Assembly: GCA_963783385.1 (NCBI GenBank)
Contig: CAWANJ010000006.1
Coordinates: 1 to 64,000, forward strand
From: an uncultured Gemmatimonadales bacterium
GTDB taxonomy: Bacteria; Gemmatimonadota; Gemmatimonadetes; Palauibacterales; Palauibacteraceae
Direction of reading: 5' to 3'
Length of the DNA stretch: 64,000 nucleotides
The position numbers and the translations under genes are program-made. The notes under the pieces are model-generated. The model was not told the DNA's origin. It saw only the letters and a program-made list of their open reading frames with translations, and made no database searches. Below, in pieces: positions 49,980 through 59,546 of the stretch. Within the stretch, counting starts at the first letter, position 1. The number at the start of each line of letters is the position of its first letter.

Positions 49980-50072
49980 GCGCGGCGCGAGCCCCGGATC
50001 CGCGGCCCGGCCACGGAGCGCGTGTCGCTCCCGGCGCGCGGGCCGCGCTCGACCCCGACCGGCGAGGTGCGC

Positions 50073-51203
50073 ATGAAGGGACTCAAGACGGCCGTCGTGG
50101 GAGGCCTGGGACTGGCCGCGCTAGCGGTGGCCGTGGTGTGGGGACCCGCGCGGGGACGCGCCGAGAGCGCCGGCTACCGGGTCGTGCGGGCCGGGACCAT
50201 GTCGACCGACCGCGCCGCCCACCAGGCCACGCTGCTCGAGAGCGGCGAGGTTTTGGTCACCGGCGGCTGCGCGGGCGAACACTGCGGCCGCACGCTGGCG
50301 TCGGCGGAGCTGTACGAAGCGCACACCCGTCGCTTCCGTCCCGCCGCATCCATGCTGGTGCCGCGCGCCAGTCACGCGGCCGCACGCCTCCCGGACGGCC
50401 GCGTGCTTGTGGCGGGGGGATGGGACGGCAGCGGCCCGACAGCTACGGCCGAGGTCTACGACCCGCGGACCGACGCCTGGACCCGCGTAGGCGACATGAC
50501 GACGGCCCGCGCCAGCGGGATCGCGGTTCCCCTCGCCGACGGCCGCGTGCTCATGGTGGGAGGAGGCCGGGGTCGGCTCGGGAACCTGGCCTCGGTCGAG
50601 GCCTTCGATCCGGCGACCTCGACCTTCTCGGTAGTGGGGAGCGCGGCGACCAACCACTACCTGGCCACTCGACTCGCCGACGGCCGCGTGCTGCTGACGG
50701 GAGGCGAGGGCGCCGACGGCTCGATCCTCGCCACGTCCGAGATCCTGGATCCCGCCACCGGGATCTTCACGGCCACCGGCGCGATGGCGACGGCGCGCGT
50801 GAAGCACGCCGCGGCGCTCCTCCCCGACGGCCGGGTGCTGGTGATCGGCGGCTCGGACCGGCGCGGCTTCGCGGGCCGGTTCGCAAGCACGGAGCTGTTC
50901 GACCCCGGCGTCGGGCAAGTTCTCGCCCGGGCCCGGACCTGCACCGGGGCCGGCACAAGATCCGGGACGCCGTCGTCGGTGCTTCCCTCGGGCGACGTCG
51001 TGGTCGCGGGAGGGGCCGCGCGGCCCGAGGTCTTCGACCACGCGCGCCACGCGTTCGTGCCCGTGGATGGCGACATCGGCGGGCCGCAGATGTTCGCGAC
51101 CGCCACGCTTCTCCCGTCGGGCGACCTCCTCGTCCTGGGCGGGTACGATGACCACACCCAGCCGTCGGCCGCGGCGTGGCTGATCGAGCCGGGGACCCCC
51201 TGA
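50073..51203 (+). CDS. Kelch/galactose-oxidase-like repeat protein
   Basis: Repeated R..H.A.LLxDGRVLVxGG...AELYD; compensating indels at ~50925-50990. Confidence 0.9.
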   Translation: MKGLKTAVVGGLGLAALAVAVVWGPARGRAESAGYRVVRAGTMSTDRAAHQATLLESGEVLVTGGCAGEHCGRTLASAELYEAHTRRFRPAASMLVPRASHAAARLPDGRVLVAGGWDGSGPTATAEVYDPRTDAWTRVGDMTTARASGIAVPLADGRVLMVGGGRGRLGNLASVEAFDPATSTFSVVGSAATNHYLATRLADGRVLLTGGEGADGSILATSEILDPATGIFTATGAMATARVKHAAALLPDGRVLVIGGSDRRGFAGRFASTELFDPGVGQVLARARTCTGAGTRSGTPSSVLPSGDVVVAGGAARPEVFDHARHAFVPVDGDIGGPQMFATATLLPSGDLLVLGGYDDHTQPSAAAWLIEPGTP

Positions 51204-51205
51204 CC

Positions 51206-52008
51206 GTGCGTTGCGCCAACTGCGGGGCGCTTCTGGCCGGTCCTTTCTGCCACGAGTGCGGGCAGGAGGAATCGCGACGCCTCGACTCGCTGGGGAGCTT
51301 CCTCCGGCACGGCGTCTCGGGACTGCTGCACCTGGACGGGATCACGCTGCGCAGCGTGCACGACCTGCTCTTCCGGCCGGGGAAGCTCACGGCCAACTTT
51401 CTGGGAGGACGCCGGGTTCGCTACGTGCAACCCGTGCAGCTCTACCTGCTCGCCGCCGCCCTCTTCTTCCTCGTGAACTCCTACCATCCCTTCCTTCTCG
51501 TCGACGTGGCCCACCAAGAGATCCGGAGCTCCCTCGGCGCGATGGCGACGGGCGGCACGATCGACCAGGCGCAGCTCGAGGCCCTCTCGGCCCGAGGTAT
51601 CTCCCCCGCCCTGTTCGCCGAGCGGTTTCGGACGATGGCCGGGAGCCTCCTCCCGCTCTTCCTCATCGGCGCGGTCGTGCTGTTCGCCGCTGGCCATCGC
51701 GGCGTTCCAGCCCCGCTCGCCGAAGCCGCTGCTCGGGGCGGCGATCTTCGCCCTGCACTGGACGGCGTTCTTCCTGCTCCTGATGATCGTGGAGCGCGTT
51801 CCGGGCGGGCTGCCGGGCACACGGTCCCTGGTGAACTTCCTCCTCTCGGCCGTGGCCCTGGTGTACCTGGCGGCGGCGCTGCGACGCGTGTATCGCCAGG
51901 CGTGGACGTGGACGGTGCTCAAGGGGCTCGGGCTGTTCCTCGCTGTTCCACGTCTTCCTCGCGCTGTGGGCCGCCGCGGTGATCGTATACGCCTTCCACG
52001 CGATTTGA
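51206..52008 (+). CDS. DUF3667 domain membrane protein (frameshifts at ~51695 and ~51945)
   Basis: CANCG..L.GPFCHECGQ, LFRPGKLTANFLGGRRVRYVQP..LY, IFALH. Confidence 0.8.
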
Positions 52009-52097
52009 GATCCTCGCCCCGAGGGGGCCGTCACGCTCCGGGGGCCGGTCGGGCCGGCGGCGGGCATTTCCGCTGCGGAAGCCCTATCTTTGTTGCC

Positions 52098-52860
52098 ATG
52101 GGTCGACCGACGCTACACCGAGGACGAAGTCACGACGATCTTCGAGCGGGCCGCCGAGGCCCGCCCGGAGGGACGCCGCCGCCTGGCCTCCGGGCAGGAG
52201 GGGCTCACGCTGTCCGACCTCCAGGAGATCGGCCGAGAGGTCGGGATCGCGCCCGAAGCGGTGGCGCAAGCTGCGGCCTCCCTGGATCGGTCCGAGCGCC
52301 CCGCCCGGCGGACCTTCCTCGGCTTCCCGATCGGTGTCGGGCGGTCCCTCGAGCTCGGGCGGCGCCTCACCGAGGAGGAGTGGGAGCGGCTTGTCGTGGA
52401 CCTGCGTGACACGTTCGACGCGCGCGGCCGGGTCCAGGTCGACGGCAATTTCCGGCAGTGGACGAACGGCAACCTCCAGGCCCTCCTCGAACCGACGCCC
52501 GGGGGCCAGCGGCTTCGGCTCCGCACCTACCGGGAGAACTCGCGCATGCTCATGCTGGCCGGGCTGGGCCTGGGCGGCCTCGGCACGGCCGCCGCTATCG
52601 CGCGCTTTCTGACCGCGGGGCTCGACCCGGCGGTCCTGGCACGCGTGAGCCCGCTGCTCATGATCGGCCTCGGGCTTCTGGGCCTGGGCGCCATCCGGCT
52701 TCCCGGCTGGGCCCGTCTGCGGGGACGGCAGATGGACGGAGTTCTCTCCCGGGTCGCCGCCATGGTCTCCGGGAGGCCGAGAGACCTTCCTCCGGGCGAG
52801 GATCCGGAGGGCGACGAGGTCCCGGCTCCGGGCGAAGGTCCGGCGCTGGACCGCACCTGA
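52098..52860 (+). CDS. Hypothetical membrane protein (probable extra G after ATG)
   Basis: RRYTEDEV..IFERAAE, GLTLSDLQEIGREVGI, EEWERLVVDLRDTFDARG. Confidence 0.7.
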
Positions 52861-52907
52861 CGCCGGAACCGGGCGGCACGTCCGGCCATCCCGGGTCACC
52901 GCATCGG

Positions 52908-53537
52908 ATGCCGGACGTTCCCGTGTCCCCTACGTCCCCCGTCACGATCGTCAACGTGGGGTACCGCTCGACCAACTACTGGGTGGTGAGCGCCGGGCGC
53001 TCCCGGCTCCTGGTGGACCTCGGGTGGCCGGGCACGTTCGGGCGCCTGCGGGCCCGGCTGAGACGAGCGGACGTGCCCCTGGCGGAAATCCGCTACGGCC
53101 TGGCCACGCACTACCACATGGACCACGCGGGACTGGCCGAGGAGCTCAAGCGGGTCGGGGTGCCGCTCCTGGTGCTCGAGCCCCAGGCGCCCGCCATTGC
53201 GCTCATGCAGCGTCACGTGAAGCCGGTGGACGGCTACCTCGAGATCCGTGCGGACGGAAACGTGGTGATCTCCTTCGACGAGAGTCGTGCTTTGCTGGGC
53301 TCCCTGGGCCTCGCGGGGGAGATCGTGCCGACGCCGGGGCACTCGGACGACAGCGTCTCCCTGGTCCTGGACGACGGCTCGGCGTTCACGGGCGACCTCA
53401 CGCGGCCGGACCTGGGCTTCGGGCAGGACGCCGCGGTGGTTCAGGCGAGCTGGCGGCGGCTCCGGACCCTGGGCGCCCGGCGTGTCCACCCGGGGCACGG
53501 GCCGGCTTTCGACCTCGGCGGGGCGGGACCCGCGTGA
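52908..53537 (+). CDS. MBL-fold metallo-hydrolase
   Basis: THYHMDHAG, TPGHS, FTGD, PGHG. Confidence 0.9.
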   Translation: MPDVPVSPTSPVTIVNVGYRSTNYWVVSAGRSRLLVDLGWPGTFGRLRARLRRADVPLAEIRYGLATHYHMDHAGLAEELKRVGVPLLVLEPQAPAIALMQRHVKPVDGYLEIRADGNVVISFDESRALLGSLGLAGEIVPTPGHSDDSVSLVLDDGSAFTGDLTRPDLGFGQDAAVVQASWRRLRTLGARRVHPGHGPAFDLGGAGPA

Positions 53538-53580
53538 ACGTCGGCCGGCCCGCCGATTGCGGGCCTGTCCCGTCCATGCG

Positions 53581-54603
53581 ATGAAGAGGCTGATCCTCGG
53601 GCTCGGCGTCCTCGCGCTCGGCCTCGTGGTCCTCGACCCCCCGGTCGAGCCGAACGCGAAGCGGCGCCGGCGGCGCAACGAGGTCGAGGGACCACCCGGC
53701 GAGGAGACCCCCGTGGACACGGGCACGCGGTTCGAGCTGGCCGAGGACGAGACCCTGGCTGAAGGCGTACTGCGCGCGGCCGCGGCCGAGGCGGGCGCGG
53801 CCGCGGCCGCCCTCGTCTCCGGTGGCAACGACGGGAGCGGGGAAGCCGTCCACGAGGCCCGCAAGCGCATCAAGCGCGCGCGGGCGCTCCTGCGACTGGC
53901 CCGGGGGCACCTCCCCGCGGAGCTGCGCCGCTCCGAGAACGCCCGGCTGCGCGAGGCAGCGCAGCTGCTGTCGGCGCCCCGGGACCGGAAGGTGCTGGCG
54001 CGAACCTCCCGGCGGCTCGTCACCGAGGGAGTGGCGTCCAGCGGGTTTATGCAGCGCGTGGCCGGCGAGATGGAGAGCCGGGACGAGGCGGCGGCGGGCG
54101 AGCCCGACGACGTCGTGGCGGCGGCCCACCTCCTCGCGGAGACGCGGGGCGCCCTCACCTTCACGGAGGCCGCCGATGATGGCTTTCCGGGACGGGGACT
54201 GCGGGGGAGCTACGGCGGAGGCCGGAAGGCCATGCGCACGGCACGCGAGGACGGGCGGGCGGCTTCCTTCCACGAGTGGCGGAAACGGGCCAAGGACCTC
54301 CGCCATCATCTCGAGTTCCTCTCCTCGATCTGGCCCGGCGTCCTGCCGGCCCTGGAGGCGGACCTGCACCGTCTCACCGACCACCTGGGCGACGCCAACG
54401 ACCTGGCCGTGCTGGCGAGGGCGGTCGAGGCGATGCCCGTGTCCCCCGACGAGGAGCCGGTGCGCGGTGCCCTCCTCGACCGGCTGGCGGAGCTGCGCGA
54501 GACGCGCTGGAAGAAGGCGTTCGGGGCGGGTGCCCGACTGTACGCCGAGAAGCCCGACGCGTTCGTCGCGCTGATGAAGGCGTGCTGGAAGACGACGCGC
54601 TAA
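53581..54603 (+). CDS. CHAD domain (polyphosphate-binding) protein
   Basis: VHEARKRIKRARALLRL, FHEWRKRAKDLRH, LGDANDL. Confidence 0.88.
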   Translation: MKRLILGLGVLALGLVVLDPPVEPNAKRRRRRNEVEGPPGEETPVDTGTRFELAEDETLAEGVLRAAAAEAGAAAAALVSGGNDGSGEAVHEARKRIKRARALLRLARGHLPAELRRSENARLREAAQLLSAPRDRKVLARTSRRLVTEGVASSGFMQRVAGEMESRDEAAAGEPDDVVAAAHLLAETRGALTFTEAADDGFPGRGLRGSYGGGRKAMRTAREDGRAASFHEWRKRAKDLRHHLEFLSSIWPGVLPALEADLHRLTDHLGDANDLAVLARAVEAMPVSPDEEPVRGALLDRLAELRETRWKKAFGAGARLYAEKPDAFVALMKACWKTTR

Positions 54604-54614
54604 AGGGAGGCAAC

Positions 54615-55614
54615 ATGAACGGAGCCCCATCGTTCAGGATCGCCGCCGTCCAGGCGGCCCCGGTGTTCTTGGACCTCGAGCGAACGATCGACAAGGCCTG
54701 CGCCCTGATCGATCGGACCGCCGCGGAGGGCGCCGACCTGGTCGTGTTCCCGGAGGCCTTCGTCCCGGCCTACCCCGTGTGGGTATGGTTCATCCCGTCG
54801 GGTAAGACCCATCGGCTCCGGGCACTCTACGCCGAGCTTCACCGCAACTCGATCACGATCCCCGGTCCGGCCACCCGCCGTCTGGGGGAGGCGGCCGCAC
54901 AGGCCGGTGTGATCGTGGCGATCGGCGTGAACGAGCGGGACCCGGAGGCCGGCGCGGGAACGCTCTACAACACGCTGCTCCTGCTGGGCAGGGACGGCTC
55001 CATCCTGGGCCGGCACCGGAAGCTCATCCCGACGTCGGGCGAGCGGCTCGTGTGGGGAAGGGGCGACGGGAGCGACCTGGAGGTGGTGGACGCGGGCTTC
55101 GCGCGCATCGGGGGGCTCATCTGCTGGGAGAACTACATGCCGCTGGCCCGGCAAACCCTGTACGCATGGGGCGAGCAGGTCCACCTCGCCCCGACCTGGG
55201 ACCACGGGCGAGCCCTGGCTGTCCAGCATGCGGCACATCGCCAAGGAGTCCCGCTGCGTGGTGGTCGGCTGCTGCCAGGCCCTGCGGGCCGAGGACATCC
55301 CCGATCGGCTGGGGCTCGACGAGGACATCCCGGCCGACGACGACGGGTGGATCAACCCCGGGGACAGCGTGATCGTGGACCCGGACGGCAAGCTCCTGGC
55401 GGGCCCGGCCCACGCGGAGGAGACGATCCTGTACGCGGACGTCGAAGCCGACCAGCTCGTGGCTCCCCGCTGGCAACTCGACGTGGCCGGTCATTACTCG
55501 CGCCCCGACGTGTTCGAGCTCCGGTTTCACGGGCGGGCGACCCCGCAGGTCCATAGGGTCACCGGGCTCGAGGAGGTCGAGCCCCCGGACGCCGAGACCG
55601 CGGAGGACGCGTGA
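54615..55614 (+). CDS. Nitrilase (carbon-nitrogen hydrolase); extra G at ~55207
   Basis: VFPEAF, HRKLIPT, LICWENYMP catalytic triad; DVAGHYSRPDVF tail. Confidence 0.9.
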
Positions 55615-55925
55615 TCCTGAGGACGTGGCGTGGCTGGACCCGGCGCGATGACGCCGATCGCTACTTCGAGTACCTGGCGAACACGGGCGTGAGGGACATC
55701 GAGACCACGCCCGGCAACCGGGGCGTGCTGCTCGTGCGCCGGGAGGTGGGTGGCCGTACCGAGTTCCTGTTCACGAGCCTGTGGGACTCGCTCGAGGCCG
55801 TGAAGGGCTTCGCCGGCCCCGACCCGGAGCGGGCCGTGTTCTACCCCGACGACGACGCCTTCCTGGTTGAGAAGGACGAGCATATCGACCACTGGGAGGT
55901 GCTGCGGGCACCGCCGGAGATATAG
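55611..55925 (+). CDS. ABM-like monooxygenase
   Basis: MILRTWRG...TPGNRG...SLWDSLEAVKGFAG...AVFYPDD. Confidence 0.85.
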   Translation: MILRTWRGWTRRDDADRYFEYLANTGVRDIETTPGNRGVLLVRREVGGRTEFLFTSLWDSLEAVKGFAGPDPERAVFYPDDDAFLVEKDEHIDHWEVLRAPPEI

Positions 55926-55984
55926 TGTGAAGGGCATCGGGCCCGTCCCGGCGCGCGACCCGACGGCCCGCCGGAGCAGATCGA

Positions 55985-56503
55985 GTGGCGCGGGCGACTG
56001 ACGACCGGGCGAAGTGGTGGCCGGGCCCCCGCCCGGTGATCTTCGCGCTGGCGGTGGGCTGCCTGGTCACCTTCCTCGCCTTCGACCTGGTCATGCAGGA
56101 CTCCGTGCCGCTCACGGGAGGGCTGGCGGCCGTGCTGGGCGGCGCCGTGTCCCTCCCCGGAGAAGCCGCAGAGGAGACCTCGGACGTGGTCGCGGCGGTC
56201 GACTTCGCGCGGAACCACAGACTGCGCCTGGTGGTGAAGGGAGGCGGCCACAGCTACCAGGATCGTTCGTGCTCGCCGGACTCGCTCCTCGTTTGGACGC
56301 GCGAGATGCGCGACATCGCCCTGCACGATTCCGAGAGCGACTTCTTCCAGCGCGACTGGCAGACGGCGTTCTGGGGTGCCAACTATCCCCGCTTCGCCGC
56401 GGCGAAGCGCAGGTACGATCCCGAGGGGCTCTTCTACATCCATCACGGCGTGGGGAGCGAGGCGTGGAGCGCCGATGGCTTCACACCGAAGACAGGGAGA
56501 TGA
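55985..56503 (+). pseudogene. Chimeric remnant: membrane N-terminus + FAD-binding fragment + BBE C-terminus of an FAD-linked oxidase
   Basis: DVVAAVDFARNHRLRLVVKGGGHSY...IALHD fused to SESDFF...FWGANYPR...KRRYDPEGLF..HHGVGSE. Confidence 0.7.
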
Positions 56504-57018
56504 GCATGGATACGGTCGGCCGGGCGTTCATCGAGCGATCCAGGGCGTTCCTTACTTCGGAGTACATCCCCAGGATCCGCGGCTGCCTCCGCGAGCTCCC
56601 GGAGGGAGACCTCTGGTGGCGTCCGAACGCACAGTCCAACAGCGTCGGCAACCTCCTCCTCCACCTGTCCGGCAACGTCCGCCAGTGGATCGTGAGCGGA
56701 GTCGGGGGCGAGCCCGACGAGCGGGAGCGCCACGCCGAGTTCGAGGCCGAAGGGGGCCGGGACCGGGCGGAGCTGCTGGCCCTGCTGGAACGCACCGTGA
56801 CGGAAGCCGACCGTGTCCTGTCCAAGCTGGAACCCGAAGAGCTCCTCGAGCGTCGCGTGATCCAGGGGACCCGCACGACGGTACTCGGCGCCGTCTATCA
56901 CGTGGTCGAGCACTTCGGCATGCACACGGGTCAGATCGCCTACATCACGAAGCTGCGGACCGGCACCGACCTGGGCTTCTACGAGGTCGAGGACGGGGTG
57001 GCGCACCCGAGATGGTGA
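56500..57018 (+). CDS. DinB/DUF1572 family protein
   Basis: WWRPNAQSNSVGNLLLHLSGN...RERHAEF...HVVEHFGMHTGQI. Confidence 0.88.
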   Translation: MSMDTVGRAFIERSRAFLTSEYIPRIRGCLRELPEGDLWWRPNAQSNSVGNLLLHLSGNVRQWIVSGVGGEPDERERHAEFEAEGGRDRAELLALLERTVTEADRVLSKLEPEELLERRVIQGTRTTVLGAVYHVVEHFGMHTGQIAYITKLRTGTDLGFYEVEDGVAHPRW

Positions 57019-57028
57019 GGGGGCCGGC

Positions 57029-57371
57029 GTGAGATACCACCACGTGGGCATCCCGACCTCAGAGGTCCGGCCAGCGAGAGACGCACCTTCCGGAGCTGGG
57101 GATGTACGTCTCGGGTTACGAGACCAGCGAGTTCGGCGTCGAGTGGATGCGGTTCGAGGCCGACAGCCCGGTGCCCCTCCTGGTCCGCACCGTGCCGCAC
57201 GTGGCCTTCGAGGTCGAGGACCTGGAGGCCGCGATCGAGGGCCGGGAGGTCCTCATCGAGCCCAACTCCCCCTCCGACGGCGTGCGCGTCGCCTTCGTGG
57301 TCGAGAACGGCGCCCCCGTGGAGTTCATCGAGATCGGGGGGCCGTCCGCGCCGCGTCCGGAAGGACGCTGA
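57029..57371 (+). CDS. VOC/glyoxalase-like protein (frameshift at ~57075)
   Basis: MRYHHVGIPT...PHVAFEVEDL...VAFVVENGAPVEF. Confidence 0.75.
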
Positions 57372-57372
57372 G

Positions 57373-57912
57373 GTGTCCCGTATCGCGGCGTTCCTGCGCG
57401 GCATCAACCTGGGCGGCCGACGGGTGAACAACGACGCGCTCGGCGAGGCGTTCGAGGACTATGGCCTCGAGAAGGTGGCCACCTTCCTGGCCAGCGGCAA
57501 TGTCGTGTTCGCCGATCCGGACTCGGACCGGGACGCGCTCGAGGGAGCGCTGGAGGCGCACCTTGAGGGCGCGCTCGGCTTCCCGGTCCGCGTCTTCCTC
57601 CGCCCCCTGGCTCGGCTGGAGGCGCTCACCCGGATCGAGCCGGTGATCGGCGCCGACGAGGCGGGCTTCACGCCCCACGTCGCGTTCCTGCGGCGCGAGG
57701 CGAGCGAGGAGGTCCGTACGGCGCTCGCCGCGCTGGAGGGGCCCGACGACCGTTTCCACGTGACGGGCGCCGAGGTGGTCTGGCTGAGGCGGGGCCGCAT
57801 GACGGACTCGGCCATCACCACGCGGGAGCTGGAACAGGCGCTGGGCGGGCCGGAGAACACCATGAGGAACCTGAACACGGTGCGGCGACTGGTCGCGAAG
57901 TTCGGGAGCTGA
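57373..57912 (+). CDS. DUF1697 family protein
   Basis: AFLRGINLGG...TFLASGNVVF...TMRNLNTV. Confidence 0.9.
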   Translation: MSRIAAFLRGINLGGRRVNNDALGEAFEDYGLEKVATFLASGNVVFADPDSDRDALEGALEAHLEGALGFPVRVFLRPLARLEALTRIEPVIGADEAGFTPHVAFLRREASEEVRTALAALEGPDDRFHVTGAEVVWLRRGRMTDSAITTRELEQALGGPENTMRNLNTVRRLVAKFGS

Positions 57913-57921
57913 GGAGGACGC

Positions 57922-58281
57922 GTGTCGGAGAAGATCGACCTGGCGGCGAAGCTGGCCCTGTTCGACGAGCCGTGGCAGCCTCGCATCGTGGCCCGCCTGA
58001 ACGACTACAAGGTCATGGTCGTCAAGATAAGGGGCGAGTTCGTGTGGCACCGTCACGAGGAGACGGACGACTTCTTCCTGGTGATCGACGGCCACCTGAC
58101 GATCCAGCTCCGCGACCGCGACATCGAGCTGGGGCCGGGCGAGCTGTTCGTGGTTCCGCGCGGGGTGGAGCACCGACCGGTCAGCGCCGAGGGGGCCTCC
58201 GTCCTGCTCATCGAGCCCGAGGACACCGTGAACACCGGCGACGCCGGCGGTCCCCTGACGAGCGAGGCGCGGGAGATCTGA
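57922..58281 (+). CDS. Cupin domain protein
   Basis: GEFVWHRHEETDDFF...VPRGVEHRP...NTGD. Confidence 0.9.
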   Translation: MSEKIDLAAKLALFDEPWQPRIVARLNDYKVMVVKIRGEFVWHRHEETDDFFLVIDGHLTIQLRDRDIELGPGELFVVPRGVEHRPVSAEGASVLLIEPEDTVNTGDAGGPLTSEAREI

Positions 58282-58474
58282 GGCGTGAAGATCGAGGTCG
58301 TCCTTGAGGATCAGGTCGTCGCGGTCGCGCGCCGAATCCAGGTCTTCCAGGATGCTCTCAGCCTGATCGTCCTGGTGCCGGCCGCGTGGGCGCGGTGCTC
58401 GACTCGCTGTTCCGCCCGGATCTGGCCCAGGCGGACGAGATCACGCTGGAGCGGCACCGGGCGCGGTCCAGCGC

Positions 58475-59470
58475 TCAGACGACGGAGAGCGTCCGCACCG
58501 GGGGCAGCGCCCCCGCCACGTACACCCACCCGCCGTCGTCCTCCAGCGCGAAATGGATCTCTCCGCCGCTGGTACCGGCGAAGAAGCTCTCCGGGCCCTC
58601 GAGGTCGAAGGCGAGGGCCGTGATTCCGTGCCGGACCCCGCGGTGGTCCCATAGCGCCTTCTCGGACCAGCTGTTGGCGCCGTTGCGGCTCAGGAACAGG
58701 CGCGGCGCGGCCCCGGCCTCGCCCTCTCCCCACGAGCCGGCCGGACCCGCGGCGGTGGCCAGCAGCATCGCCGGGCCGTCGCGCTCGGGGTCCTCGGGCG
58801 ACAGCCGCATGGTCGTGCAGTAGGCGGGGCCGATCGGGGGCCGCGGCGCGATCCACTCCTCGCCGCGCTCCTGGCTCACGTACAGCCCGCCGCCCGTGGC
58901 CGCGTACAGGCGCCCGGTACGAATCGGGTCGGCCTCGAGCACGTGGACGTCCTCGTAGAGGCCGTCGTGGATGGGCCGCCACGTGCGACCGCCGTCCTCG
59001 CTGCGGTAGGCGCCGCCCACCTCGACTCCGGCGTACAGGCGCTCCTCGTCGAGCGGATCGGGAGCCAGCGTCTGCACGTGCGGCTGACGGTCGCCATACG
59101 CCTTCCAGGCCTCGCCCTGCTGGAGAGCGGCGAAGCGCTCCATCGCCTCCCAACTCCCGCCTCCGTCGGTCGAGATGAACACGCCCGCCGGCTCGACGCC
59201 GACGTACAGCACCTCGCCCCGATGCCGACCCGAGACGGCCCGGACGGGCCGCTGCTCCGGAACGCGGAAGCGGGGCGCCCAGCTCTCGCCCCGGTCCCGC
59301 GACACGTATAGTCTCCCGGTCTCGGTCCCGCAGAACACGGCACCCTCGGTGGCCCAGGCGCAGGTCACCGAATGCCCCTGCATCGCCTCCACCTTGAGCT
59401 GGGCCCGGCGCTCGCCGGCCAGCCACCTGTAGACCCGCACTCCCTCGGGCGTCCCCACGATCAGCCGCAT
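58475..59470 (-). CDS. BNR/Asp-box (WD40/YVTN-like) repeat protein
   Basis: Repeated S.D.G.(S/T)W Asp-boxes; GVEVGG, EDVH. Confidence 0.85.
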   Translation of the reverse strand: MRLIVGTPEGVRVYRWLAGERRAQLKVEAMQGHSVTCAWATEGAVFCGTETGRLYVSRDRGESWAPRFRVPEQRPVRAVSGRHRGEVLYVGVEPAGVFISTDGGGSWEAMERFAALQQGEAWKAYGDRQPHVQTLAPDPLDEERLYAGVEVGGAYRSEDGGRTWRPIHDGLYEDVHVLEADPIRTGRLYAATGGGLYVSQERGEEWIAPRPPIGPAYCTTMRLSPEDPERDGPAMLLATAAGPAGSWGEGEAGAAPRLFLSRNGANSWSEKALWDHRGVRHGITALAFDLEGPESFFAGTSGGEIHFALEDDGGWVYVAGALPPVRTLSVV

Positions 59471-59546
59471 GCGACGTCCCCTGGTTCGTTGATGTACGGA
59501 TGCATCCTGCTATGAACTGCGCGAGCGTGACGGGACGGCGGGCGCC

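Noticed and set aside
1-58281. Integron or superintegron
   Set aside because: No tyrosine recombinase and no recurring attC core sites found by eye; many genes overlap, leaving no room for attC.
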